Notes under the pieces: model-generated
Told to the model about the DNA's origin: nothing
What the model saw: only the letters and a program-made list of their open reading frames with translations
Database searches by the model: none
Program-made: the position numbers and the translations under genes
Assembly: GCA_030390025.1 (NCBI GenBank)
Contig: CM059433.1
Coordinates: forward strand, 1-64,000
Direction of reading: 5' to 3'
DNA: 64,000 nt
Origin: Squalus acanthias
Lineage: Eukaryota
Part shown: one piece after another, positions 39,712 to 50,908 of the stretch
Layout: every line of letters starts with the position of its first letter
Position numbering within the stretch: the first letter of the stretch is position 1

Positions 39712-40313
39712 TGTGGAAGTGTATTTTTAGTTGGATACAAAATGGTTTCTCGGAACACAATAAAATGGCTTCCTAAGACACAATATAAAATCTAAAATGG
39801 CCTACACAATGTCTGTTAGAAAGATTAGCCAATTGTTTATAGTTTCAACCTAATGAAGGAATTTCAGTTTGTAGACTGTTTTAATTGCCCCCAATAAATA
39901 ATGTAGGATTGTAGATCAAAGAAGTTTACAAGGCTATGGTGTGAAGTACTATCTCCCTTGAATTCTAGATGGTGTGGTGGGAGAAATCACACGTAACCCT
40001 TTGGAGGGATTCCTGCTGTTTTAAATCTTTATGACCTCTAGAAAGACCTTTCATGTACAGTATACACAAATATTCTTTTAACTTGTTTTATAGGCACTAT
40101 GCTGTCAATTAATGATTTATTACCATGTCATGTGATATAGGAAGCTTGTATTTTTTCTGAACTATAAATTTCGAGCAGTTTTTGTATTTGTAGAGTGTCA
40201 TCATAGCCTAGTTTTGACTATGGTTGCATTCTCCTTGCAGCAAGTAAAATAATAAAACTTCCTTTGATGATAACTTATGTTTTGAGTCTTACTAGGAAGT
40301 CGAAACTTCGACA
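39712..40313 (+). repeat. ERV 3' LTR (602 bp)
   Basis: Direct repeat of the 5' LTR with roughly a dozen substitutions and a few small indels (counted by eye). Confidence 0.97.
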
Positions 40314-41710
40314 TCCCCCACGATGACAGCATCGCTGCGACAGCCTCAGTACTCAACACCAACAACAGCCAATCTCCAGACGCCATCCTACAACTCATTC
40401 GCTTCATCCTTGACCACAATGTCTTCACCTTCGACAACCAGTTTTTTACCCAAACACACGGAACAGCCATGGGGACCAAATTCGCACCCCAATACACCAA
40501 CATCTACATGCACAAGTTCAAGCAAGACTTCTTCACTGCACAGGACCTCCAACCAACGCTGTACACCAGATACACCGACGGCATTTACTTCCTTTGGACC
40601 CACGGCGAAGGATCACTGAAAAGACTACACGATAACATCAACAAGTTCCATCCCACCATCAAACTCACCATGGACTACTCCTCAGAATCGGTTTCATTCT
40701 TGGACACATCAAAGACGGACACCTCAGCACTTCACTCTACCGCAAGCCCACGGACAACCTCACGATGCTCCACTTCTCCAGTTCCACCCTAACCACATTA
40801 AAGAAGCCATCCCCTATGGACAAGCCCTGCGAATACACAGGATCTGCTCAGACGAGGAGGAACGCGATGGACACCTACGGACGCTGAAAGACGCCCTCGT
40901 AAGAACGGGATATGACGCTCGACTCGTCGATCGACAGTTCCGACGGGCCACAGCGAAAAATTGCATAGACCTCCTCAGAAGGCGAACACGGGACACAACC
41001 AACAGAGTACCCTACGTTGTCCGGTACTTCCCCGGAGCGGAGAAACTACGCCATGTTCTTCGCAGCCTTCAACATGTCATCGATGACGATGAACACCTCG
41101 CTAAGGCCATCCCCACGCCTCCACTACTCGCCTTCAAACAGCCGCCTAACCTCAAAAGTACCATCATTCACAGCAAATTACCCAGCTTTCAGGAGAACAG
41201 CGACCACGACACCACACAACCCTGCCACGGCAACCTCTGCAAGACATGCCAGATCATCAACACAAATACCATCATCACACGTGAGGACACTACCCACCAG
41301 GTACATGGTACATACTCATGTGACTCGGCCAACGTTGTCTACCTCATACGTTGTAGGAAAGGATGCCCCGGAGCATGGTACATCGGCGAGACCATGCAGA
41401 CACTGCGACAACGTATGAACGGACACCGCGCAACAATCACCAGGCAGGATTGTTACCTCCCAGTCGGGGAACACTTCAGCAGTCAAGGACATTCAGCCTC
41501 GGATCTTCGGGTAAGCGTTCTCCAAGGCGGCCTTCGAGACACACGACAACACAAAATCATCGAACAGAAACTGATAGCCAAGTTCCGCACCCATGAGGAC
41601 GGCCTCAACCGGGATCTTGGGTTCATGTCACGCTACATGTAACCCCACTTGACATAGAGTCATCCAGACTCGAGTCATCGTTGGCTTGTTCACAGATGTG
41701 ATTTCCAGTA
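40314..41710 (+). mobile_element. Penelope-like element (RT C-terminal part plus GIY-YIG endonuclease), frameshifted, 5' part missing
   Basis: (I)PHDDSIAA, GTAMGTKFAPQY, RYTDG (degenerate RYIDD), SVSFLD; NVVYLIRC...WYIGET..TLRQRMNGHR; GLN near the C-terminus; stop at ~41642. Confidence 0.92.
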
Positions 41711-41973
41711 AAAAAAGTAAAACGTTTAAAGTTTATGGTTTTCCATACAGACTGCAGCATCTGACACATTAGACCCCTTGTGACCCCACCTCATTGTCTT
41801 AGTTGTATCTTGCTATGTCTTTGATATAATGTCTTCCTGACTGACCTGATTGTCTCTCTGCCGAGGTGTGATAAAAGGCAGTCAGAAAGATTAACTGTAG
41901 TCGTCTGACATTGTACGCTGCACAGACATTGTTCTCTGACTATATATGCTGTGCCGATTTGTATTCTTCACTT

Positions 41974-42008
41974 CACCTGACGAAGGAGCAGCGCTCCGAA
42001 AGCTTGTG
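41974..42008 (+). ncRNA. Minimal type I hammerhead ribozyme motif in a Penelope-type terminal repeat (repeat extends to ~42098)
   Basis: CAC-CTGACGA-A-GGAGC(agc)GCTCC-GAAA-GCTT-GTG: CUGANGA/GAAA core, 5-bp stem II, palindromic short stem III. Confidence 0.8.
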
Positions 42009-42176
42009 ATTTCAAATAAAACTGTTAGACTATAACCTGGTGTTGTGCGACTTCTCACTTTTGTCCACCCCAGTCCAACACCGGCATCTCCGCATCATAC
42101 CTCTAATTAACAGATTATTTACTAACCTAACTGGAATAAACTTAAAAACTTTAAGAAAACCAAGTAAAAACACTTA

Positions 42177-42705
42177 ATAACAGAAAACGCTGGAAAAACT
42201 CAGCAGGCCCGGCAGCATCCGTGGAGAGAGAAACAGAGTTAACGTTTCAGGTCGAAGACCTTTCGTCAGAACTGGAAAAAAGCAGGAAATGAAATAGATT
42301 TAAAGCAAGGATAAAGCTGGGAAAAGGGGGAGGGGATGAAAGAACAAAAGGGAAGGTCAGTGGTAGGATAGAAAGCAGGAAAGATTAAGAGACATTGAGA
42401 GACATTAAGAGATATTCAAGGCAAGAGGAGGTGGTAATGTGACAGGTTGAGGCTGGATGAGGTGTGAAATGCGCTGGCAGAATGAGCTGACCTTCCCTTT
42501 TGTTCTTTCATCCCCTCTCCCTTTTCCCAGCATTATCCTTGCTTTAAATCTATTTCATTTCCTGCTTTTTTCCAGTTCTGACGAAAGGTCTTCGACCTGA
42601 AACGTTAACTCTGTTTCTCTCTCCACGGATGCTGCCTGGCCTACTGAGTTTTTCCAGAGTTTTCTGTTGTTATTTCGGATTTCCAGCATCCGCAGTATTT
42701 TGCTA
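42177..42705. mobile_element. Non-autonomous Penelope-type insertion with long inverted arms (~42179-42360 vs ~42489-42668)
   Basis: 15-bp TSD AAGTAAAAACACTTA (42162-42176 / 42706-42720); arms are near-perfect reverse complements and each carries a hammerhead core. Confidence 0.85.
42575..42609 (+). ncRNA. Minimal hammerhead ribozyme motif (mirror copy at 42238-42272, minus strand)
   Basis: GTT-CTGACGA-A-AGGTC(ttc)GACCT-GAAA-CGTT-AAC. Confidence 0.8.
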
Positions 42706-42884
42706 AAGTAAAAACACTTACCAGATACTCACCAATCAGCTCCCTCTTTTTGAACGTTTAGTTTTTAATCCCGGCTCTTAATTTAAACCAATGCCCAAGA
42801 TAAAGTGAGAAATACTGACCAACCAATCACTTCCCTGCTTTCCTGTGACGTCATTCCTTGTTTTTGTTGTCAGGTCCGCTGCCT

Positions 42885-43160
42885 CCGCTCCCGGGCCTCG
42901 CTCTGCCGCGCTCTTTATATCCTCAGGCTCCGCTCTCGGGCCTCGCTCTGCCGCGCTCGTTATATCCTCAGGCTCCGCTCTCGGGCCTCGCTCTGCCGCG
43001 CTCGTTATATCCTCAGGCTCCGCTCTCGGGCCTCGCTCGTTATATCCTCAGGCTCCGCTCTCGGGCCTCGCCCTGCCACGCTCTTTATATCCTCAGGCTC
43101 CGCTCTCGGGCCTCGTCCTGCCACGCTCTTTATATCCTAAGGCTCCGCTCTCGCTCCCTC
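42885..43160. repeat. ~6 copies of a 45-bp CpG-rich tandem unit
   Basis: Unit CTCTGCCGCGCTCTTTATATCCTCAGGCTCCGCTCTCGGGCCTCG; 15-aa periodicity in the ORF track. Confidence 0.9.
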
Positions 43161-43351
43161 TCAGGTCCGCTGCCTCCGCAGATGGTGTGAAGATTCAAAA
43201 TATATATTTTTTTAAATGCATTGATCAATATCTATGCCTGTAGATATCAAGCTGTGTAGCAAACAGAGTTCCATGGGGTCCATTTTACTCCCCACCCCCC
43301 ACTCCAGATAAAATCGCCTTCCTTTTAAATACTTGCTTGGGCCTCGCAAGT

Positions 43352-43711
43352 AGGGGTCGCCAACTCTGGGCGGACATATTCCTGGAGGTGTCATCACATG
43401 ACCTCCCGCCCCCCCCCCCCCCCCGCCGCCATTGGTCGCTCGACACGCCCACCCTCGCGGAGCCCCGCCTTCCCACGGCTAATTGCGAAGTGGACAGACT
43501 CTTCGTTACCCGATTGGAGGATTCTTGCCCATCAGTCAAACAGCCAGTTTCTCCAGTATTTCCATTGCTAAGAAGCAAAAGTGTTCAAAGAAAATTAAAA
43601 ATAAAACCCACTGTTTTACTCCTGGGTTGTGCTCCTTACAGCACAGTGTCCTGGAGATTAGTCCTTCACTACTGGAGGCTCCAGGACAATCCTAGAGTGT
43701 TGGCAAACCCT
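43352..43711. mobile_element. MITE / non-autonomous DNA transposon (related copy at ~53124-53858)
   Basis: Terminal GGGGTCGCCAAC ... GTTGGCAAACCCT inverted repeats; internal motifs (ATTCCTGGAG, CTCCAGGACA) shared with the second copy. Confidence 0.6.
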
Positions 43712-43786
43712 GGTCCATAGCCAATGACTTCGGGAAAACCTGAAGGAGATCATGAGTGGAAACCACGGCTGATTTGTCTCCTCCTT

Positions 43787-44322
43787 CTGCGTACAGTTTT
43801 GGTCTCCTTATTTAAGGAGGGATATACTTGCATTGGAGGCAGTTCAGAGAAGGTTCACTAGGTTGATTCCAGAGATGAAAGGGCTATCTTATGAAGAAAG
43901 GTTGAGCAGATTGGGTCTATACTCACTGGAGTTTAGAAGAATGAGAGGTGATCTTATTGAAACATATAAGATTCTGAGGGGGCTCGACAGGGTAGATGCA
44001 GGGAGGATGTTTCCCCTCTTGGGGGAATCTAGAACTAGGGGGCATAGTTTCAGGATAAGGGGTCGCCCATTTAAGATGGAGATGAGGAGGAATTTCTTCT
44101 CTCAGAGGGTCGTGAATCTTTGGATTTCTCTACCCCAGAGAGCTGTGGAGGCGGAGTCAGTGAATATATTCAAGGCAGAGATTTCTGAGCTATGGGGGGA
44201 GTCGAGGGTTACAGGGAGTGGGCAGGAAAAGTGAAGTTGAGCCCAAGACCAGATCAGCCATGATCTTACTGAATGGCGGGGCAGGCTCAAGGGGCCGAAT
44301 GGCCTGCTCCTATTTCTTATGA
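43787..44322 (+). mobile_element. CR1 LINE 3' fragment
   Basis: LEAVQRRFTRLIP...RRMRGDLIETYK...FFSQRVV; same family as 49245-50908. Confidence 0.92.
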
Positions 44323-44489
44323 TCTTCACCCAGGGATACTGAGGTCCATTGTAGCACCTCCTCCAATCCGCCCTGGTTAAGATCCCCTGACCTCGTGCAA
44401 GGGTGGATTGAGTATCAGGCTTTGCTGCACCATTTAACTCATCATCGCACCACGGGAGAGCATCGCCCCACTGACTCATTAGGGAGAAG

Positions 44490-44965
44490 AAACTTGCATT
44501 TATTTGGTACCTTTCTCAACCTCAGGACGTCCCAGCACTTTTTGAAGTGAAGTGCAGACACTGTTGTAATGTAGGAATCGCGGCAGCGAATCTGCGCACA
44601 GCAAGCTCCCACAAACAGCTAATGACCAGGTCATCTTTTTTTAATTCATTCCTGGGATGTGGGCGTCGCTGGCAAGGCCAGCATTTATTGAGAAGGTGGT
44701 GAGCCACTATTTCAGAGGACAGTTAAGAGTCAACCACATTGCTGTGGGTCTGGAGTCACATATAGGCCAGACTGGGTAAGAGAGTTGCGACGGGGTCTCG
44801 GTTTAATGTCTCATCTGAAAGACGGCACCTCCGACAGTGCAGCACTCCCTCAGTACTGCACTGGAGTATCAACCTAGATTTTTGTGCTCAAGTCTCTGGA
44901 GTGGGACTTGAACCCACAACCTTCTGACTCAAAGGCGAGAGTACTACCCACTGAGAAACAACTGA
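44490..44965 (-). mobile_element. DeuSINE (SacSINE1/AmnSINE1-like) copy with a nested SINE fragment (~44637-44780)
   Basis: Deu-domain-like core (GTCTCATCTGAAAGACGGCACCTCCGACAGTGCAGC) and tRNA-like head; same family as 46770-47405, 47740-48055 and 51060-52615. Confidence 0.75.
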
Positions 44966-45180
44966 GACATCTTAGTGATTAAATATTTACTAAAGGAAAA
45001 TGCAAAATGTATGAGTAAAGAGCAGGGAAATGGGACTAAGCTCTTCTGTGGAGCTGGTACGCATGGAGTTGGCGTGATGGGCCAAATGGCTTCCTTCTAC
45101 GCTGTAAAATTCCATGATTCGAGGCGTTACACCACATTGACCTAACCCTGCTCCAATTTTGTTTTAAATTGTATTTGGAC

Positions 45181-46730
45181 TTTTTCTTAATTCTTTCCTG
45201 TGATGTGGGCGTCGCTGGCAAGGCCAGCATTTATTGCCCATCCCTAATTGCCCTTGAGAAGGTGGTGATGAGCCGCCTTCTTGAACCGCTGCAGTCCGTG
45301 TGGTGAAGGTACTCCCACAGTGCTGTTAGGGAGGGAGTTCCAGGATTTTGACCCAACGACGATGAAGGAACGGCCGATATATTTCCAAGTCAGGATGGTG
45401 TGTGACTTGGAGGGGAACTTTGAGGTGATGGTGTTCTCATGCGCCTGCTGCCCTTGTCCTTCTAGGTGGAAGAGGTCGCGGGTTTGGGAGGTGCTGTCGA
45501 AGAAGCCTTGGCGAGTTGCTGCAGTGCATCTTGTAGATGGTACACACTGCAGCCACGGTACGCCGGTGGTGGAGGGAGTGAATGTTTAAGGTGGTGGATG
45601 GGGTGCCAATCAAACGGGCTGCTTTGTCCTGGATGGTGTCGAGCTTCTTCAGTGATGTTGGAGCTGCAACTCATCCAGGCAAGTGGAGAGTATTCCATCA
45701 CGCTCCTGACTTATAGAATCATAGAAACATAGAATGGTTACAGCACAGAAGGAGGCCATTCGGCCCGTCGAGCCCGTGCTGGCTCTCTGCAACAGCACAC
45801 CAACTAGTCTCACTCCCCCGCCCTTTCCCCGTCGCCCTGCAATTTTTTTTCCTTCAGGTACTTATACAATTTCCTTTTGAAAGCCACGATTGAATCTGCC
45901 TCCACCACCTTTTCAGGCAGTGCATTCCAGATCCTAACCACTTGCTGCGTAACAAGTTTCTCTCTATCTACTCTGTCTAGATTACTCATGATTTTGAACA
46001 CCTCTATCAAATCTCCTCTCAACCTTGTGCCTTGTAGATGGTGGAAAGGCTTTGGGGAGATAAGGGGTGAGTCACTCACCACAGAATACCCAGCCTCTGA
46101 CCTGCTCTTGTAGCCACAGTATTAATGTTGCTGTCCAGTTATGTTTCTGGTCAATGGTGACCCCCCAGGATATTGACAGTGGGGGATTCGGCAATGGTTA
46201 TGCGTTGAATGTCAAGGGGCAGTGGTTAGCCTCTCACTTGTTGGAGATAGTCATTGCCTGGCACTTCTGTGGCACAAATGTTACCTGCCACTTATCAGCC
46301 CAAGCCTGAATGTCATCCAGGCCTTGTTGCATGCGGGCATGGACTGCTTCATTATCTGAGGAGTTGTGAATGGTGCTGAACACTGTGCAGTCATCAGTGA
46401 ACATCCCCATTTCTGACCTTATGATGGGAGAAAGGTCATTGATGAAGCAGCTGAAGATGGTTGGGCCTAGGACACTGCCCTGAGGAACTCCTGCAGCGAT
46501 GTCCTGGGGCTGTGATGATTGGCCTCCAACCACCACAACTATCTTCCATTGTGCTAGGTATGACTCCAGCCAGTGAAGAGTTTTCCCCCTGATTCCCAAT
46601 GACTTCAATTTTACTAGGGCTCCTTGATGCCACCCTCGGTCAAATGCTGCCTTGATGTCAAGGGCAGTGACTCTCACCTCACCTCTGGAATTCAGCTCTT
46701 TTGTCCATGTTTGGACCAAGGCTGTAATGA
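45181..46730 (-). mobile_element. CR1-clade LINE (distinct family), 5'-truncated, interrupted by a CR1 fragment at ~45713-46022
   Basis: RT motifs LDIKAAFD, GVPQGSVLGP, FTDD in ORF 46234-46734; 3' tail shared with the SINE at 53315-53800. Confidence 0.88.
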
Positions 46731-46769
46731 TCACAGAAGCACAGATTCAGAGAGGAAGGAGAGATAGAA

Positions 46770-47405
46770 AGAAAGAAAGAAAGAAAGACTTGCATTTATA
46801 TAGCACTTTATATTACCTCAGGACATCCCAAAGCACTTTACAACCAATGAAGTACTTTTGAAGTGTAGTCACTGTTGTAAGGTAGGAAATGTGGCAGCCA
46901 ATTTGCGCACAGCAAGCTCCCACAAACAGCAATGTGTAAATGATCAGATAATCTGTATTTTAGTGATGTTGATTGAGGGATAAATATTGGCCCCAGGACA
47001 CCGGGGATAACTCCCCTCCTTCGACAAAAAAGGCGTTGAATCTCTTAAATTCACCTGAGAGCAGACGGGGCCTCAGTTTAACGTCTCATCCGAAAGACAG
47101 CACCTCCTACAGTGCAGTGCTCCCTCAGTACTGTCCCTCCGACAGTGCGGCGCTCCCTCAGTAATGCCCCTCCGACAGTGCAGTGCTCCCTCAGTACTGC
47201 CCCTCCGACAGTGCGGCGCTCCCTCAGTAATGCCCCTCCGACAGTGCAGTGCTCCCTCAGTACTGCCCCTCCGACAGTGCGGCGCTCCCTCAGTACTGCA
47301 CTGGGAGTGTCAGCCTAGATTTTTGTGCTCAAGTCTCTGGAGTGGGACTATGAACCCACCACCTTCTGACTCAGAGGCGAGGGTGCTACCCACTGAGCCA
47401 CGAGT
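46770..47405 (-). mobile_element. DeuSINE copy containing a 33-bp tandem expansion (~47103-47300)
   Basis: Deu core plus 6 units of CCTCCGACAGTGCRGYGCTCCCTCAGTAMTGCC. Confidence 0.8.
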
Positions 47406-47739
47406 GACACACATGTCGCGCTCCACCATTTTCTAAGTGAGAAACTGCACCATTTGGTGTGGAATTGATCCATACAGTCCAGGAAGGACTTGAGTTGGAT
47501 TCTTGGTCGAGCCACCCAGAATGCAATGCGCACGCACCCTGTGAAAAACCACACGATGGATGGAGCGATTCCTGGAGCGCAGAGGATTGTGGGTATTGTA
47601 GCCGCCATTATTGAATGATTGGCACATTGGATGGCCAGTTGCAGGAGCATGGGGCTGGGTAGTTGGAGGTGGCAGGTCATGTGATGAAACCTCCTGCAAT
47701 ATGATCCAACCAGAGCTGACAACACTTGGCTTAGTAGCA

Positions 47740-48055
47740 GCCGTGGCTCAGTGGGTGCCACTTCTCGCTGGCCTCTGAGCCACAAGGTCGTGGGTTCAAG
47801 TCTCACTCCAGAGCACATAATCTAGGCTGACACCAGTGCAGTACCGAGGGAGTGCTGCATTATCAGAGGTGCCATCTTTCGGATGAGACGTTAAACCGAG
47901 GCTGGTCATTGTCACATTGCTGTCTGCGGGAGCTTGCTGTGCTCAAATTGGCTGCCGCCTTTGCTACCTTACAACAGTGACCACACTTCAAAAGTACTTC
48001 ATTGGCTATAAAGCACTTTGGGACATCCTGAGGTCATGAAATATCAATGCAGGTA
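47740..48055 (+). mobile_element. DeuSINE copy, internally deleted
   Basis: GTGGCTCAGTGG A-box-like head, GGTTCAAGTC B-box-like motif, CTTTCGGATGAGACGTTAAACCGAGG core. Confidence 0.75.
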
Positions 48056-48454
48056 TTTTCTGTGGAACCATACTCGACAGGGAGAGATTCTTTACATTTC
48101 ACCATTAATCATTAGCTGTGTATTTGTGATCCCTACAATATGTCTGCATGAATCCTTCACACTCAGTGAGGCCACTGAGTGCATTTTAAAGTTATATTTT
48201 TGAGGAAGGGTTGCAAGCTGTGGTTCAATAATGCAGTTGTGTGAGGTGAACAATAATGACATTATTTATTTAGTCACTGTTAAGAACTTGTCTCCTGACA
48301 TCAATGAGCTATTTTTATTATATCTGTTGCCTGGAACTGAACACAGGGAATCATGTAATCCGTAATTTTTTAAAAATTCATTCTTGGGGTGTGGGAAACG
48401 CTGGCAAGGCCGACATTTATTGCCCGCCCCAAGTTGCCCTGAGAAGGTGGTGGT

Positions 48455-49011
48455 TGTTGGTACATGAGGGAGAGAGATAGTCGAGCCTAGAAACAGTTGA
48501 GAGAGAGAAAGAATTACAGATCACACTAGCAATAGGCAGCGTTCAAAATTGAAGTAAAGCCTTGGGATGTTTATGGTGGTGTAATAATAGAATATTTAGA
48601 TTATAACTGTTCGGGTCATAACAACAAGGACGCTGCAACTGATGTGAAAGGTTGTTGATGTACGTACGTTGTAGAGAAATTTAAACTTGTGTGCATAAGA
48701 ATCAGCTGAAGGACTGTGCATTGACCAGAGACTACCATTTAATGCCAATTCCATATGATCAGGAGAAAACAGTGTATAAAAAAGAAGCATTTGTATTAAG
48801 TTGGAGAAGAGAGAGACGTATCAGGATGAGGGCGTGCCTATGTTCAAATCTGCTGACAAAATTCAGGTTGTGAATTGCGTTATACTCTGAAGAAATTATA
48901 CTCTGCTCTTAGATTTTTTTAATGTTAAAGTAGAAAAAATAAAGAGATTATAACCACGAGACTGAATTCGTTACTCCTCAAGTGAACAACGGAAGATTGT
49001 TTAAAACAACA
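48455..49011 (+). mobile_element. Solo LTR (557 bp) inserted in a SINE (SINE halves ~48372-48454 and 49017-49190)
   Basis: TGTTG...CAACA termini, 5-bp TSD GTGGT (48450-48454 / 49012-49016), TATAAA at ~48775, AATAAA at ~48938; excision restores the SINE sequence GAGAAGGTGGTGGTGGGCC. Confidence 0.85.
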
Positions 49012-49244
49012 GTGGTGGGCCTTCTTCTTGAACCTCCGCAGTGTAACAGTTTGATACGACCGAATAGCTCACTAGGCCACTTCAGAGGGCAGTTACAAGT
49101 CGACCACGTTGGTGTGGGACTGGAGTCACATGTAGGCCAAGACCGGGTAAGGATGGCATGGTTCTCCCTCTAAAGGACATTAGTGAAACAATTGGGTAAC
49201 ATAACTGTTGCAGGCAGGAGAAGACTTTTGCCCATCGGGCTATT

Positions 49245-50908
49245 GGGGTGGGGGGGGTGGGACTTAAAACAATCACTATCACGAGAGATAAAGTACTAGG
49301 CAAACTAATGGGACTAAAAGTGGACAAGTCCCCTGGACCCGATGGCCTGCATCCCAGAGTCTTAAAAGAAGTGGCTGCAGAGATAGTGGATGCATTGGTT
49401 GTAATCCACCAAAATTCCCTGGATTCTGGAGAGGTCCCAGCGGACTGGAAAACCACAAATGTAACGCCCCTATTCAAGAAAGGAGGGAGACAGAAACCAG
49501 GCAACTATTGACCAGTTAGCCTAACATCTGTCATTGGGAAAATGCTGGAGTCCATCATTAAGGAAGTGGTAGCAGGACATTTAGAAAATCATAATATAGT
49601 CAAGCAGAGTCAGCATGGTTTTATGAAAGGGAAATCATGTTTGACAAATTTGCTGGAATTCTTTGAGGATGTAACGAGCAGGGTAGATAAAGGGGAACCA
49701 GTGGATGTCGTGTATTTGGATTTCCAGAAGGCATTCGATAAGGTGCCACATAAAAGGTTACTACACAAGATAAGAGCTCACGGGGTTGGGGGTAATATAT
49801 TAGCATGGATAGAGGATTGGCTAACTAACAGAAAGCAGAGAGTCGGGATAAATGGGTCATTTTCAGGTTGGCAAACTGTAACTAGTGGGGTGCCGCATGG
49901 ATCAGTGCTGGGGCCTCAACTATTTACAATCTATATTAATGACTTGGATGAAGGGACTGAGTGTAATGTAGCCAAATTTGCTGATGATACAAAGATAGGT
50001 GGGAAAGCAAATTGTGTGGAGGACACAAAGAATCTCAAAAGGGATATAGATAGGCTAAGTGAGTGGGCAAAAACCTGGCAGATGGAGTTTATTGTGGGAA
50101 AATGCGAGCTTATCCACTTTGGTAGGAAAAATAAAAAAGCAAATTATTATTTAAATGGGGAGAGATTACAAAATGTTGAGGTACAGAGGGATCTGGAAGT
50201 CCTAGTACATGAATCACAAAAAGTTAGCATGCAGGTACAGCAAGTAATGAGGAAGGCTAATGGAGTGTTGGCCTTTATTGCAAAGGGAATGGTGTATAAA
50301 AGTAGGGAAGTCCTGTTACAACTGTACAGGGCGTTGGTGAGACCACACCTGGAGTACTGCGTACAGTTTTGGTCTCCTTATTTAAGGAGGGATATATTTG
50401 CATTGGAGGCAGTTCAGAGAAGGTTCACGAGGTTGATTCCAGAGATGAAGGGGTTGTCTTATGAAGAAAGGTTGAGCAGGTTGGGCCTATACTCATTGGA
50501 GTTTAGAAGAATGAGAGGGGATCTTATTGAAACATATAAGATTCTGAAGGGGCTCGACAAGGTAGATGCAGAGAGGATGCCCCCTCGTGGGGGAATCTAG
50601 AACTAGGGGGCATAAATTCAGAATAAGGGGGCACCTTTTTAAATCGGAAATGAGGAGGAATGTCTTCTCTCAGAGGGTCGTGAATCTTTGGAATTCTCTT
50701 CCCCAGAGAGCTGTGGAGGCTGGGTGATTGAATATATTTAAGGTGGAGATGGACAGATTTTTGAAAGGTAAGGGAGTCAAGGGTTATGGGGAGCGGGCAG
50801 GGAAGTGGAGTTGAGGCCAAGATCAGATCAGTTATGATCTTATTGAATGGTGGAGCAGGCTCGAGGGCCAAATGACCGACTCCTGTTCCTACGTCTTATG
50901 TTCTTATG
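49245..50908 (+). mobile_element. 5'-truncated CR1 LINE ORF2 (RT) with a premature stop and a frameshift
   Basis: KSPGPDGLHP, QHGF, DFQKAFDKV, FADD; stop at 49509-49511; (TTCTTATG)n-type tail. Confidence 0.95.

Larger units (their letters stand above)
29243..40313 (+). mobile_element. Full-length endogenous retrovirus, class I (gamma/epsilon-like), defective
   Basis: Paired LTRs (TG...CA), PBS, gag with CCHC, protease DTG, RT LPQG/YVDD, RNase H, integrase with GPY/F motif, env with CWVC, furin site and ISD, and a PPT. Confidence 0.97.

Noticed and set aside
42805..43243. Three overlapping repetitive ORFs
   Set aside because: Translations of the 45-bp tandem repeat.
47740..47815. tRNA gene-like A/B boxes (also ~53315)
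   Set aside because: SINE heads continuing directly into SINE bodies; no convincing cloverleaf.
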